A stretch of 16,713 nt of DNA. Origin: Myxococcota bacterium (lineage in GTDB: Bacteria > Myxococcota > UBA4151). Of the stretch, positions 1-6,841 are shown one piece after another; position 1 is the stretch's first letter; every line of letters starts with the position of its first letter. Under the pieces are notes generated by a model. The model saw only the letters and a list, made by a program, of their open reading frames with translations, searched no databases and had not been told where the DNA came from. The DNA is taken from positions 1-16,713 of the forward strand of contig JAYZBQ010000036.1 in the NCBI GenBank assembly GCA_036338695.1. Direction: 5' to 3'. A program made the position numbers and the translations under genes.

Positions 1-1736
1 GCGATCTGGAACAAAATACCCGTGGCTGCGGTGCCTTCGTGGTCCATGCCCTGACCGTGTAAGAAGTAGAGCACCGGGTAGTCCTCATTGGCGTATTCAG
101 GGTCATGGTAGCCTGGAGGCAGCACGTAGCTGTAGCTCTGCTCACGCCCGAGCGTCTGGCTCATGTACGTAGCTTGGCCGATGTAGCCGGGGTCACCCAC
201 GGGGCTGCGGCGGTAGCTCAAGTCGGCGCGCGGCCAAAAGCCTTGGGCGATGCTCATGATCAACTGAATGCGGCTGATCACCTGCGGCACCGTACCCACG
301 TGGTTGCCGTCGCCGGCTGCGATCAGATTCGGCGTGGGGTCAAGCGAGCCGTAGCGCATATAACTGTACTGCTTGAGCTTGTTGCCGGAGATGACGTTGG
401 GGTTGAAGCTCGAACCCTCGGCAGCGAGTTCGTCAAAGTCGTGAAACTCTTGGGTCGCCTCTTTGCCCAAGCGCGCTTGCAGCCTTGCCCACAAGCGGTT
501 CGAGGTAATCGCCGTATTGAGGAAGTCCCGGACCCCCGCGTCCATGTAGATGGTCAGGCGCTCGAGTTGCTCGTCGCTGATGCTCTCGATCATCGAGCCC
601 GGGTCATTCTTACGCGTGTTCCGCCGCCCTGGGCTCTCATCGTAGGCGTCGTTGCCTTCACCCAAGTCACCGGTGCCTTCGACGCCGTCAAGACCGTAGT
701 CGTCGAAGGGCTCACCATCGTCCCATTCCCAGTTGCCTTCCAAGCCGGCGGGGTTGTTGAACATATCAAAGTCATCGCCATTAGGGTCGGGGTTGGTGAC
801 TGGGTCGTAGCCAGGCTCATCCGCATTGGCTAAGCCGTCTGGTCCCACATCGCTGTAGCGCTCGTAACCGTTGACCACGATTGGCTCGGCATAATCGCGC
901 CGACCGTTTCGATTAAGGTCCACCGCCAGCAAAATACCGACCGGCTGCGTGCGCGGGGTGTCGGGCAGAATCCGTCCAAGCTCAGCCTCGGGCGTACCGT
1001 CGGGGTCGTCGTGGCGACCATCGCAATAGGTGATGACGGGGTACTCGCCGCGCGGGTTGTATTCGGCGTTGTAGACGTTTTCAAAGACGAGCGGGTTGGC
1101 GCAGCGCTCTTCCGCCGGTTGCGACCACCAAGCCTTGGTGATCCCCGGAGCCGCCCAGGGCAATTCCTCGTTAGGTGGGTTAAACGCATTGCCCATGCCT
1201 TTGATGATATCATGAAAACTATCCATCAGGCGCTGTCGGTTGAAGCTACCGCCACGACCGCCGTCCGGACCACGCCACCAGTTGTTGTAATCCGAGACCG
1301 ACTCATAAATCGGCGCTGCGCCGTCCGGGTAGGCGGTCTCTGGCGCTACATTGGATTCGGGCAGGACCGCTGCGTTGGGCTGATCGGTATACAGGCCACA
1401 GAAGGCTTCGACGTTATCAAGGTCATTGCCTTGCGCCATCAACGCTTCTAGGCGCTCAAGGCTGCAGAATCCGCCTAACCAGCCCCGTTCGACCATGCGC
1501 GAAAAACTGCTCAGATCGACCAGAGGGCCGCCCATAATTCCGATAAAATCGAACTTTTCCGGGTATTTTAAGCCGAACATCGCCGAAGCGCCGCCGCCCA
1601 TACTCACGCCCGTGACGGCTCGCCAGGTGTAGCGCCGGGTCGGCTCTGGCTCTGGCTCTGGCTCGCTCGAACAGCCGGTCAGGCCGCCCATGAGCAGCCC
1701 GACTAGGACACCGGCGGCGAGGTTTTTCCTTTGCAC
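1..1736 (-). CDS. Lipoprotein with esterase-type alpha/beta-hydrolase motifs in permuted order and Asp/Gly-rich insert (3' end outside window, >=578 aa)
   Basis: Manually translated open frame from GTG at 1736 to the window edge: MQRKNLAAGVLVGLLMGGLTGC (lipobox LTG-C22), EPEPEPEP linker, RAVTGVSMGGGASAMFGLKYPEKFDFIGIMGG (Ser45, nt 1602-1604), LTIYMDAGVRD (Asp404), GDGNHVG (His479), SQTLGREQSYSYVLPPGY...YPVLYFLHGQG (res ~528-563). Start codon inferred from the signal peptide; an in-frame ATG at 1796 overlaps the rpmG start and is less likely. Confidence 0.88.
   Translation of the reverse strand, partial: MQRKNLAAGVLVGLLMGGLTGCSSEPEPEPEPTRRYTWRAVTGVSMGGGASAMFGLKYPEKFDFIGIMGGPLVDLSSFSRMVERGWLGGFCSLERLEALMAQGNDLDNVEAFCGLYTDQPNAAVLPESNVAPETAYPDGAAPIYESVSDYNNWWRGPDGGRGGSFNRQRLMDSFHDIIKGMGNAFNPPNEELPWAAPGITKAWWSQPAEERCANPLVFENVYNAEYNPRGEYPVITYCDGRHDDPDGTPEAELGRILPDTPRTQPVGILLAVDLNRNGRRDYAEPIVVNGYERYSDVGPDGLANADEPGYDPVTNPDPNGDDFDMFNNPAGLEGNWEWDDGEPFDDYGLDGVEGTGDLGEGNDAYDESPGRRNTRKNDPGSMIESISDEQLERLTIYMDAGVRDFLNTAITSNRLWARLQARLGKEATQEFHDFDELAAEGSSFNPNVISGNKLKQYSYMRYGSLDPTPNLIAAGDGNHVGTVPQVISRIQLIMSIAQGFWPRADLSYRRSPVGDPGYIGQATYMSQTLGREQSYSYVLPPGYHDPEYANEDYPVLYFLHGQGMDHEGTAATGILFQI
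1642..1664 (-). repeat. In-frame hexamer microsatellite (GGCTCT x ~3.8 on + strand) encoding the (EP)4 linker
   Basis: ggctct ggctct ggctct ggctc; translates to EPEPEPEP two residues after the predicted lipidated Cys. Confidence 0.85.
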
Positions 1737-1759
1737 ACAGCCCGAAGCGCTGATACCCG
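1731..1759 (+). promoter_or_regulatory. Putative sigma70 promoter for rpmG
   Basis: TTGCAC (1731-1736), 17 nt, TACCCG (1754-1759) preceded by TG (extended -10 geometry), then a GC-rich discriminator-like tract. The -10 is imperfect. Confidence 0.4.
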
Positions 1760-1794
1760 CCGCTCCCGCTTTCAAAGAATATTGAGGTTTCGTC

Positions 1795-1950
1795 ATGCGT
1801 GAACTCATCAAACTCGTCTCCACCGCCGGCACGGGCTACTACTACACCACCGACAAGAAGCGTGCACAGGGCGTTGGGAAACTTGAAAAGAAGAAGTACG
1901 ACCCGGTGGTCCGCAAGCACGTGCTCTTCAAAGAAGCGAAGATCAAATAG
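1795..1950 (+). CDS. rpmG: 50S ribosomal protein L33, zinc-independent (no Cys) type, 51 aa
   Basis: [51 protein letters not shown], with the L33 signature IKLVS.AGTG..YTT.K...[24 protein letters not shown] Shine-Dalgarno 7 nt upstream. Below the ORF-track size cutoff. Confidence 0.97.
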   Translation: MRELIKLVSTAGTGYYYTTDKKRAQGVGKLEKKKYDPVVRKHVLFKEAKIK

Positions 1951-1952
1951 CT

Positions 1953-1985
1953 TACGATGGGGCGTTTGTCCCATGTATTATTTCT
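1953..1985 (+). terminator. Putative intrinsic terminator after rpmG
   Basis: Stem ATGGGGC/GTCCCAT (one G-U) with GTTT loop, extended by TAC/GTA, followed by TTATTTCT. Confidence 0.55.
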
Positions 1986-2083
1986 GTGACGGCTCTCGCG
2001 AGGGGTTGACCTTGGCGGGAGCTTTGTCCTTTTGAGGCGAAGAGTCGCCGACGCACGTTCGGCGTAAACAGGAGATCGGGCTA

Positions 2084-3181
2084 ATGGCTGATTTCACGAT
2101 GGGTGTTGAAGAGGAATTCTTTATCCTCGACCCGGAGAGCCGGGCGCTGGCGCCTGGCTATATGGACATGGTCGCTGCTGCCGCGATGGACCCGGAAAGC
2201 ATCGAGCTTAAAGAGGAACTGCACACCTCCGTCGTCGAGGTCGGTACCGGGGTTTGTGAGCACATCGATCAAGCTCGCCTCGAGGTCGCCGCCAATCGGC
2301 GCGCCGCCTCGGCGGTGGCCGAGAAGGTGGGGCTTCGGATCGGCGCCGTCTCAACGCACCCTTTTAGCCGCTGGGAAGATCAGGGGATCACGCAAGGACC
2401 GTATCAGACCCTGACGGACGGGCTGCAAGATACGCTGCGCGCCAACTTGATCTGCGGGATGCATGTCCACGTTGGCGTCGACGATCCGGACGAGCGCGTG
2501 GCGGTGGCGAATCAAGCGCGCTACTTCCTGCCGCATTTGCTGGCGCTGAGCTGCTCGTCGCCGTTTTGGCAGGGGCGCGACACCGGCCTCGCCTCGCACC
2601 GAGCGGAGCTTTTTAAGCGCTTACCCCGGACGGGCGTGCCCAGCCGTTTTCGCTCGTGGCGGGAGTATCAAGACTTTATCGACACCTTGGTTGAGCAAGA
2701 GTGCATCGACAGCGGCCGACGCTTGTGGTGGGATCTACGCTGCTCGGTGACGTACCCGACCATCGAGTTTCGCATCTGCGACCTGCCGATGACGGTCAAC
2801 GAGACGATCTGGATCTCGGCTTTGATCCAGTCGCTGGTCGCGCGCCTGACCGAGCTGCACCGTAAGAACTGGGCTTGGCGCCGCTACCCGACCTCCTTCA
2901 TCCAGGAGAACAAGTGGCGGGCGCTGCGCTACGGCGTCTCGGGAACGATGATCGACTGGGGACGTCGTCATCAGAAGCCCTTTACGGAGCTGATCGATGA
3001 GCTGATCGAGTTCGTGGACCCAGCGGCGCGACGGCTCGGCTGTCTCCATGAGGTGCATGGGATCCGCAAGATCCTCGAGCACGGCTGCGGCGCCGATCGA
3101 CAGCGCAAGGCGTACGCAGAGCGGGGTGGGATGGCCGGCTTGGTCGACTACATCGTTGAGCAGACGGTCGCAGGCACTTGA
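2084..3181 (+). CDS. ybdK: YbdK-family carboxylate-amine ligase (glutamate--cysteine ligase family 2, GCS2)
   Basis: Motifs FTMGVEEEF, EELHTSVVEVGT, STHPFS, CGMHVHVG, LALSCSSPFWQGRDTGLASHR, WWDLR, TIEFRICD, ENKWRALRYG. AGGAG RBS upstream. Physiological substrate uncertain. Confidence 0.93.
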   Translation: MADFTMGVEEEFFILDPESRALAPGYMDMVAAAAMDPESIELKEELHTSVVEVGTGVCEHIDQARLEVAANRRAASAVAEKVGLRIGAVSTHPFSRWEDQGITQGPYQTLTDGLQDTLRANLICGMHVHVGVDDPDERVAVANQARYFLPHLLALSCSSPFWQGRDTGLASHRAELFKRLPRTGVPSRFRSWREYQDFIDTLVEQECIDSGRRLWWDLRCSVTYPTIEFRICDLPMTVNETIWISALIQSLVARLTELHRKNWAWRRYPTSFIQENKWRALRYGVSGTMIDWGRRHQKPFTELIDELIEFVDPAARRLGCLHEVHGIRKILEHGCGADRQRKAYAERGGMAGLVDYIVEQTVAGT

Positions 3182-3555
3182 TCGTCCAATTCTTCAGCCG
3201 GTTTGGGGTCAAGCGGACGCGCCGCAGCTTGTACGCACTGCTTGCGTTTCTGATCGCCTGTGTGGTGGTTCCGGGCTTAGGCGGGATGATCTACGACCGG
3301 TTGCTCAAAGAGGCGCCGACGGTCGACTGCGCCGCTGAGCTCAAAGCGGTCGGCGCGGCGCGAACCGTGTTGTCGAACCGCAGCATGGCAGACACCGAGC
3401 TGGATCTGACCGAGGACTGGCTCAAGCTGAGGCAGCGCAGCGTGGTGCTCAGGCGCCAGTGTAAGCAGCGTAAGGGCTTTGAGCGCCGCGTCGTCGAAGA
3501 GGATGAGCGCGTCCGGCGCGGGCTGGCGGCGCATCGAGTGCAGCGCAACCTCTAG
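3178..3555 (+). CDS. Hypothetical single-pass membrane protein, 125 aa
   Basis: TTG start overlaps the ybdK stop (TTGA). Basic N-terminus, hydrophobic segment LYALLAFLIACVVVPGLGGMIY, then a helical charged tail. Fills the gap before the tRNA terminator. Confidence 0.65.
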   Translation: MIVQFFSRFGVKRTRRSLYALLAFLIACVVVPGLGGMIYDRLLKEAPTVDCAAELKAVGAARTVLSNRSMADTELDLTEDWLKLRQRSVVLRRQCKQRKGFERRVVEEDERVRRGLAAHRVQRNL

Positions 3556-3569
3556 TTGGCCAACAGCGC

Positions 3570-3608
3570 AAAAAAGCAAACCGGCCGCCTCGACTGAGGC
3601 GACCGGTC
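3570..3608 (-). terminator. Intrinsic terminator of tRNA-Lys
   Basis: Minus strand: GACCGGTCGCCTC-AGTC-GAGGCGGCCGGTT then TGCTTTTTT, immediately after the tRNA CCA end. Confidence 0.88.
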
Positions 3609-3684
3609 TGGTAGGTCGTACAGGATTCGAACCTGTGACCATCGGATTAAAAGTCCGGTGCTCTACCAACTGAGCTAACGACCC
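3609..3684 (-). tRNA. tRNA-Lys (anticodon TTT)
   Basis: GGGTCGTTAGCTCAGTTGGTAGAGCACCGGACTTTTAATCCGATGGTCACAGGTTCGAATCCTGTACGACCTACCA; 76 nt cloverleaf, anticodon loop CT-TTT-AA, GGTTCGAAT T-arm, encoded CCA. Confidence 0.97.
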
Positions 3685-3700
3685 TCAGCGGGTGTGGCGG

Positions 3701-3730
3701 CATATCGAGGAAAGGTGGGCCATGTGTCAA
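3701..3730 (-). promoter_or_regulatory. Putative sigma70 promoter for tRNA-Lys
   Basis: Minus strand perfect TTGACA (3730-3725), 18 nt, GATATG (3706-3701), then GC-rich CCGCCACACCC before the tRNA. Confidence 0.55.
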
Positions 3731-3764
3731 GCGCGACCTTTCGCAAGCTCTGCATAAAAAACAC

Positions 3765-3794
3765 TTGGCGCTTTCCTTGTTTTCGCCCTAAACG
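3765..3794 (+). promoter_or_regulatory. Putative sigma70 promoter for tRNA-Glu
   Basis: A-tract (ATAAAAAA) upstream, TTGGCG (3765-3770), 18 nt, TAAACG (3789-3794), GC-rich discriminator, tRNA starts at 3806. Confidence 0.5.
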
Positions 3795-3805
3795 GCGTTG
3801 CCGCT

Positions 3806-3880
3806 GGCCCGTTCGTCTAGCGGTTAGGACACTGGCCTTTCACGCCGGTAACACGGGTTCGAACCCCGTACGGGTCACCA
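3806..3880 (+). tRNA. tRNA-Glu (anticodon TTC)
   Basis: GGCCCGTTCGTCTAGCGGTTAGGACACTGGCCTTTCACGCCGGTAACACGGGTTCGAACCCCGTACGGGTCACCA; 75 nt, anticodon arm CTGGC-CT-TTC-AC-GCCGG, encoded CCA. Confidence 0.97.
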
Positions 3881-3918
3881 GCAACGGGTTGGCGTTTGCC
3901 AGCCCGTTGCGCTTTTTT
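3881..3918 (+). terminator. Intrinsic terminator of tRNA-Glu
   Basis: 13-bp stem GCAACGGGTTGGC/GCCAGCCCGTTGC (one G-U), GTTT loop, then GC-TTTTTT. Confidence 0.92.
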
Positions 3919-3938
3919 GTCTGAGAAGGAGGCGCAGC

Positions 3939-5636
3939 GTGGGGGGCATCTCAGAGATTTGGCGAGCGCGCGGTGAGGTCGATGCGCTGCGGCTGCACGA
4001 GGCTGAGCAGCTCGGGCTGGCGCCGGTCGTCACAGAGGTGGTGGCGGCGCGTACCACCGGCGACCTCAGCGCTTTTTTGACCCCGAGCGTGCGGCAGCTG
4101 CCGTCGCCGGATCTGCTGCCCGACATGGACACTTCCGCCCAGCGTCTCGCTGACGCCGTGCAGGCTGGCGAGCGTGTGACCGTCTTTGGAGACTACGACG
4201 CGGACGGCTGCACCGCCTCGGCGGTCCTTTACCGCTTCCTTAGCCAGTTGGGCTGCCCCGTGCAGGTACGCCTGCCGCATCGGCTCAAAGACGGCTACGG
4301 GCTCGCCGCCTCGATGGTCGACCAGCTGGCTGCGGGCGCAGATGTTTTGATCACGGTCGACTGTGGAGCCACCGCCTTCGAGGCGCTCGAGCGTGCGCAG
4401 GCGCTCGGTCTACCCACCATTGTCTGCGATCACCACAGCGTAGCCGACTCCATCCCGCCGGCTGTGGGCGTCATCAACCCGAAGCGGGCGGATAACAGCT
4501 ACCCGCCGGGCGAGCCCGCCGCCGTCGGGGTGGCATGGAATCTTGCGCTCTGGACGCGCAAGGTCCTGAGAGACCGCGGCTATTTTCGTGACGGAGCGGA
4601 GCCTGATGTCGAGGCGTTGCTCGCGCTCGTAGCGGTCGGGACGGTCGCCGACATGGTACCCCTGACGGGCGCCAACCGAGTCTTTGTCCGGCGCGGGCTG
4701 CGGGAGCTTGAGCGCACGCCATTCGTCGGTCTCCACGTGCTCAAGGAGGGCGCTCGAGACGCCGAGCTCACCGAGCGCAGCCTCGGTTTTGACGTGGCGC
4801 CTCGGCTCAACGCTGCCGGTCGCCTGGCTGATGCGGACCTCGCATTTCGGTTGCTGGTGACGGATGATCCGACCGAGGCGCGTGCGCTGTACGAGCAGTT
4901 GGACGCGCTCAACGCCGACCGACGAAAGCTGCAACGCGACACCGTGGGCGAGGTGATGCGCCGAGTGCGTGAGGTCGAGCAGGTGCCAGACTGTATCGTC
5001 GCCTACGATCCGCAATGGCATCCGGGCGTCGTTGGTTTAGCAGCGGGTCGGCTGGTCGAGCATTACCACCGCCCAGCGGTCGTGATCGGGATGCAGGGCA
5101 AGGGCTCGGCGCGTGCGCCTGAGGGGGTCAACCTAGTGGCGGCGCTGCGCAGCGCACAGGGCGAGCTCGAGCGTTATGGAGGCCACCACGCAGCGGCGGG
5201 TCTCACGCTCAAAGCCGAGGCTCGACTGGCGCGTCTGCGCGCAGAGCTCAACCTGGCGGTGCGTGAACAGCTCGGCGAGGTAGGTCACCAAAAGGTCGTG
5301 CTCTACGACGCCGAGCTGCCCCCGTGGGAGGCGCACCTCGGCGTGGCGCAGCAGCTGCGGCAGGTGGCGCCCTTTGGGATGGCGAACCCTGTCCCCGTTT
5401 TGTTGGCGCGGCGCCTGACCGTGCTCCAGCGTAAAGACTACAAGAGCGACTTTACGCGCTTTGCGGTCGCCGCGCCCACTCAGCAGCGACAGATCTGGAT
5501 GGATGGTTTTCGCATAGGACGGGCGGCGGATAGGGGAGCCGTAGTGGATGTGCTCTATGAGGTGCAGATCGATCGGTATAAAGGGGAGCTGCAGGCGCGT
5601 CGGCGAGTGATCGCACTCCGGGAGGCGCAGGCGTGA
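3939..5636 (+). CDS. recJ: Single-stranded-DNA-specific exonuclease RecJ
   Basis: DHH-family motifs FGDYDADG, ITVDCG, CDHH, GTVADMVPL, PRLNAAGRL, WHPGVVGL, GKGSAR, YGGHHAAAG, APFGMANP. AAGGAGG RBS before the GTG. Confidence 0.96.
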   Translation: MGGISEIWRARGEVDALRLHEAEQLGLAPVVTEVVAARTTGDLSAFLTPSVRQLPSPDLLPDMDTSAQRLADAVQAGERVTVFGDYDADGCTASAVLYRFLSQLGCPVQVRLPHRLKDGYGLAASMVDQLAAGADVLITVDCGATAFEALERAQALGLPTIVCDHHSVADSIPPAVGVINPKRADNSYPPGEPAAVGVAWNLALWTRKVLRDRGYFRDGAEPDVEALLALVAVGTVADMVPLTGANRVFVRRGLRELERTPFVGLHVLKEGARDAELTERSLGFDVAPRLNAAGRLADADLAFRLLVTDDPTEARALYEQLDALNADRRKLQRDTVGEVMRRVREVEQVPDCIVAYDPQWHPGVVGLAAGRLVEHYHRPAVVIGMQGKGSARAPEGVNLVAALRSAQGELERYGGHHAAAGLTLKAEARLARLRAELNLAVREQLGEVGHQKVVLYDAELPPWEAHLGVAQQLRQVAPFGMANPVPVLLARRLTVLQRKDYKSDFTRFAVAAPTQQRQIWMDGFRIGRAADRGAVVDVLYEVQIDRYKGELQARRRVIALREAQA

Positions 5637-5642
5637 TGGCAT

Positions 5643-6296
5643 ATGGTGATGTGGGCCTGGTTGCTGCTGTCCTTATCGGAGGCTCCGAGCGAGTTTCTTA
5701 GGGCTTGGTCTGCCAGCGATTTTGCCGCGGCTTGCCGCTACCTCGACGCCGTTGACAAACCGCTGATCGACGCGCAGTGGCGCGCGCTCGCCGTCAGCGC
5801 ACGGATGCGCTGTGGCAAGGATGCGCTCGCTCAAGGGCGATGGCTGGAGGCTCGGGCGCACCAGCGCGCCTGCGCCGAGTTGAATAGCTCACCTGAGCGC
5901 TGCGTTGAACTCGGGGAGATGATTCAAGGCTGGGAGGCGCTCATGGCGGCACGACAAGGCACGCTCCGTTCCGCTGTCGAGAAGGCGACGCAGGTCCCGA
6001 CCGAGCGCTGGCCCTCGGCGCTACCGGTCGAGCTCTTGCGCATGGGCGGTGATGCGCTGCGCAAGCGACAGGTCGAAGAAGCGCAGGCGACGGTGACGCT
6101 GCTTGAGGCGCGGGCGCCAGACACCTTTGGCTTAGCCGAGCTACGCAGCGCGTTGTGGTGGGCGACGCAAGGGACCGTTGTGGCCTTTCGGATTGCGCTG
6201 GTAGGGTTCATGTTGCTGCTGGCGTTGACCCTTCGTTCCTTGCTACGGACGCGGCGCCGAGCCAAAGTGTTGCTTGGCGCGGAGATGCAGTCGTGA
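5643..6296 (+). CDS. Hypothetical membrane-anchored helical protein, 217 aa
   Basis: Starts 6 nt after the recJ stop. Short hydrophobic N-terminus, helical body with 4 Cys, C-terminal TM (VVAFRIALVGFMLLLALTL) followed by basic RSLLRTRRRAK. Stop overlaps the next start (GTGA). Confidence 0.7.
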   Translation: MVMWAWLLLSLSEAPSEFLRAWSASDFAAACRYLDAVDKPLIDAQWRALAVSARMRCGKDALAQGRWLEARAHQRACAELNSSPERCVELGEMIQGWEALMAARQGTLRSAVEKATQVPTERWPSALPVELLRMGGDALRKRQVEEAQATVTLLEARAPDTFGLAELRSALWWATQGTVVAFRIALVGFMLLLALTLRSLLRTRRRAKVLLGAEMQS

Positions 6297-6841
6297 ACGC
6301 AGCGATGCTCAGCATGGTCGTGACGAGTTTGGTGCTCGGTTCCACACAGGGGCGCTTGTTCCTCAACAACGTCCCGATCGATGGTGTTCGGGGTCAGCAG
6401 TTTACCAACGCCACGGTGCGTATCGATGACCAGGGGCGTGTCTTCATCGACGCCCCGGACTACGAGGTGGCGCCGCCTGCCGAGACGGTTCGGCTCAAGC
6501 CTGCCCGCCTTGCGCCCGGGGAGGGCGCCATGGTGATCTTCCAGAGCCAGGCGCACGGCAAGACAGAGATCAACGTCGAGGTCACGGTCAACGGGGTCAA
6601 GGTGGCTGATGAGGTGGACCCGATGCAGTCGGTTCACGACCTCATGGCGCACCTCAAAGCCGGCTCCAATCAAGTCGAGGTCAAGCTCGGTCGTAACGGC
6701 GGTGCCGGCGCGATGGAGGTCGTGATCGGCCTTGGTGGAATCCGCGACAGCCGCATCGAGCTCACCGATACCTTGGTCTCGGAGAAGGTCGATTTGCCGC
6801 GTAACGGCATGAAGGTCTTCGCTCTCGAGCTCACCAAGTGA
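6293..6841 (+). CDS. Secreted beta-rich hypothetical protein (~182 aa) directly upstream of tgl
   Basis: Start reassigned from 6155 to GTG 6293 (GTGA overlap), which gives a signal-like N-terminus. Beta-rich sequence LFLNNVPIDGVRGQQFTNATVRIDDQGRVFIDAPDYEV ... VEVTVNGVKV ... LKAGSNQVEV. Resembles, from memory only, the gene preceding tgl in myxobacteria. Confidence 0.8.
   Translation: MNAAMLSMVVTSLVLGSTQGRLFLNNVPIDGVRGQQFTNATVRIDDQGRVFIDAPDYEVAPPAETVRLKPARLAPGEGAMVIFQSQAHGKTEINVEVTVNGVKVADEVDPMQSVHDLMAHLKAGSNQVEVKLGRNGGAGAMEVVIGLGGIRDSRIELTDTLVSEKVDLPRNGMKVFALELTK

Noticed and set aside
105..1632. Plus-strand ORFs 105..833, 1011..1451, 1426..1632 and minus-strand ORFs 590..826, 830..1213
   Set aside because: Antisense or off-frame shadows of the edge-truncated hydrolase gene, which has clear motifs.
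1770..1790. Possible Zur/Fur box upstream of the C- rpmG
   Set aside because: Only a 6-bp AATATT palindrome; no extended inverted repeat.
2006..2034. TTGACC -35-like hexamers upstream of ybdK (2006) and of the first kinase (9238)
   Set aside because: No convincing -10 at 16-18 nt spacing, so not reported as promoters.
1456..2035. ORFs 1456..1974 (-) and 1799..2035 (+)
   Set aside because: Overlap rpmG in the antisense or a wrong frame; no recognisable motifs.
3277..3924. ORFs 3277..3669, 3479..3673 and 3694..3924
   Set aside because: Translations running through the tRNA genes and terminators.
3556..3938. Prophage or island integrated at the tRNA 3' ends
   Set aside because: Both tRNAs are followed directly by their terminators and ordinary genes; I saw no integrase or duplicated tRNA end in the window.
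6155..6292. Long N-terminal extensions in the ORF track (starts 6155, 7457, 9195)
   Set aside because: The first two overlap upstream genes heavily and the third coincides with a candidate -35. Shorter starts (6293, 7637, 9138) give coupled junctions and sensible N-termini.
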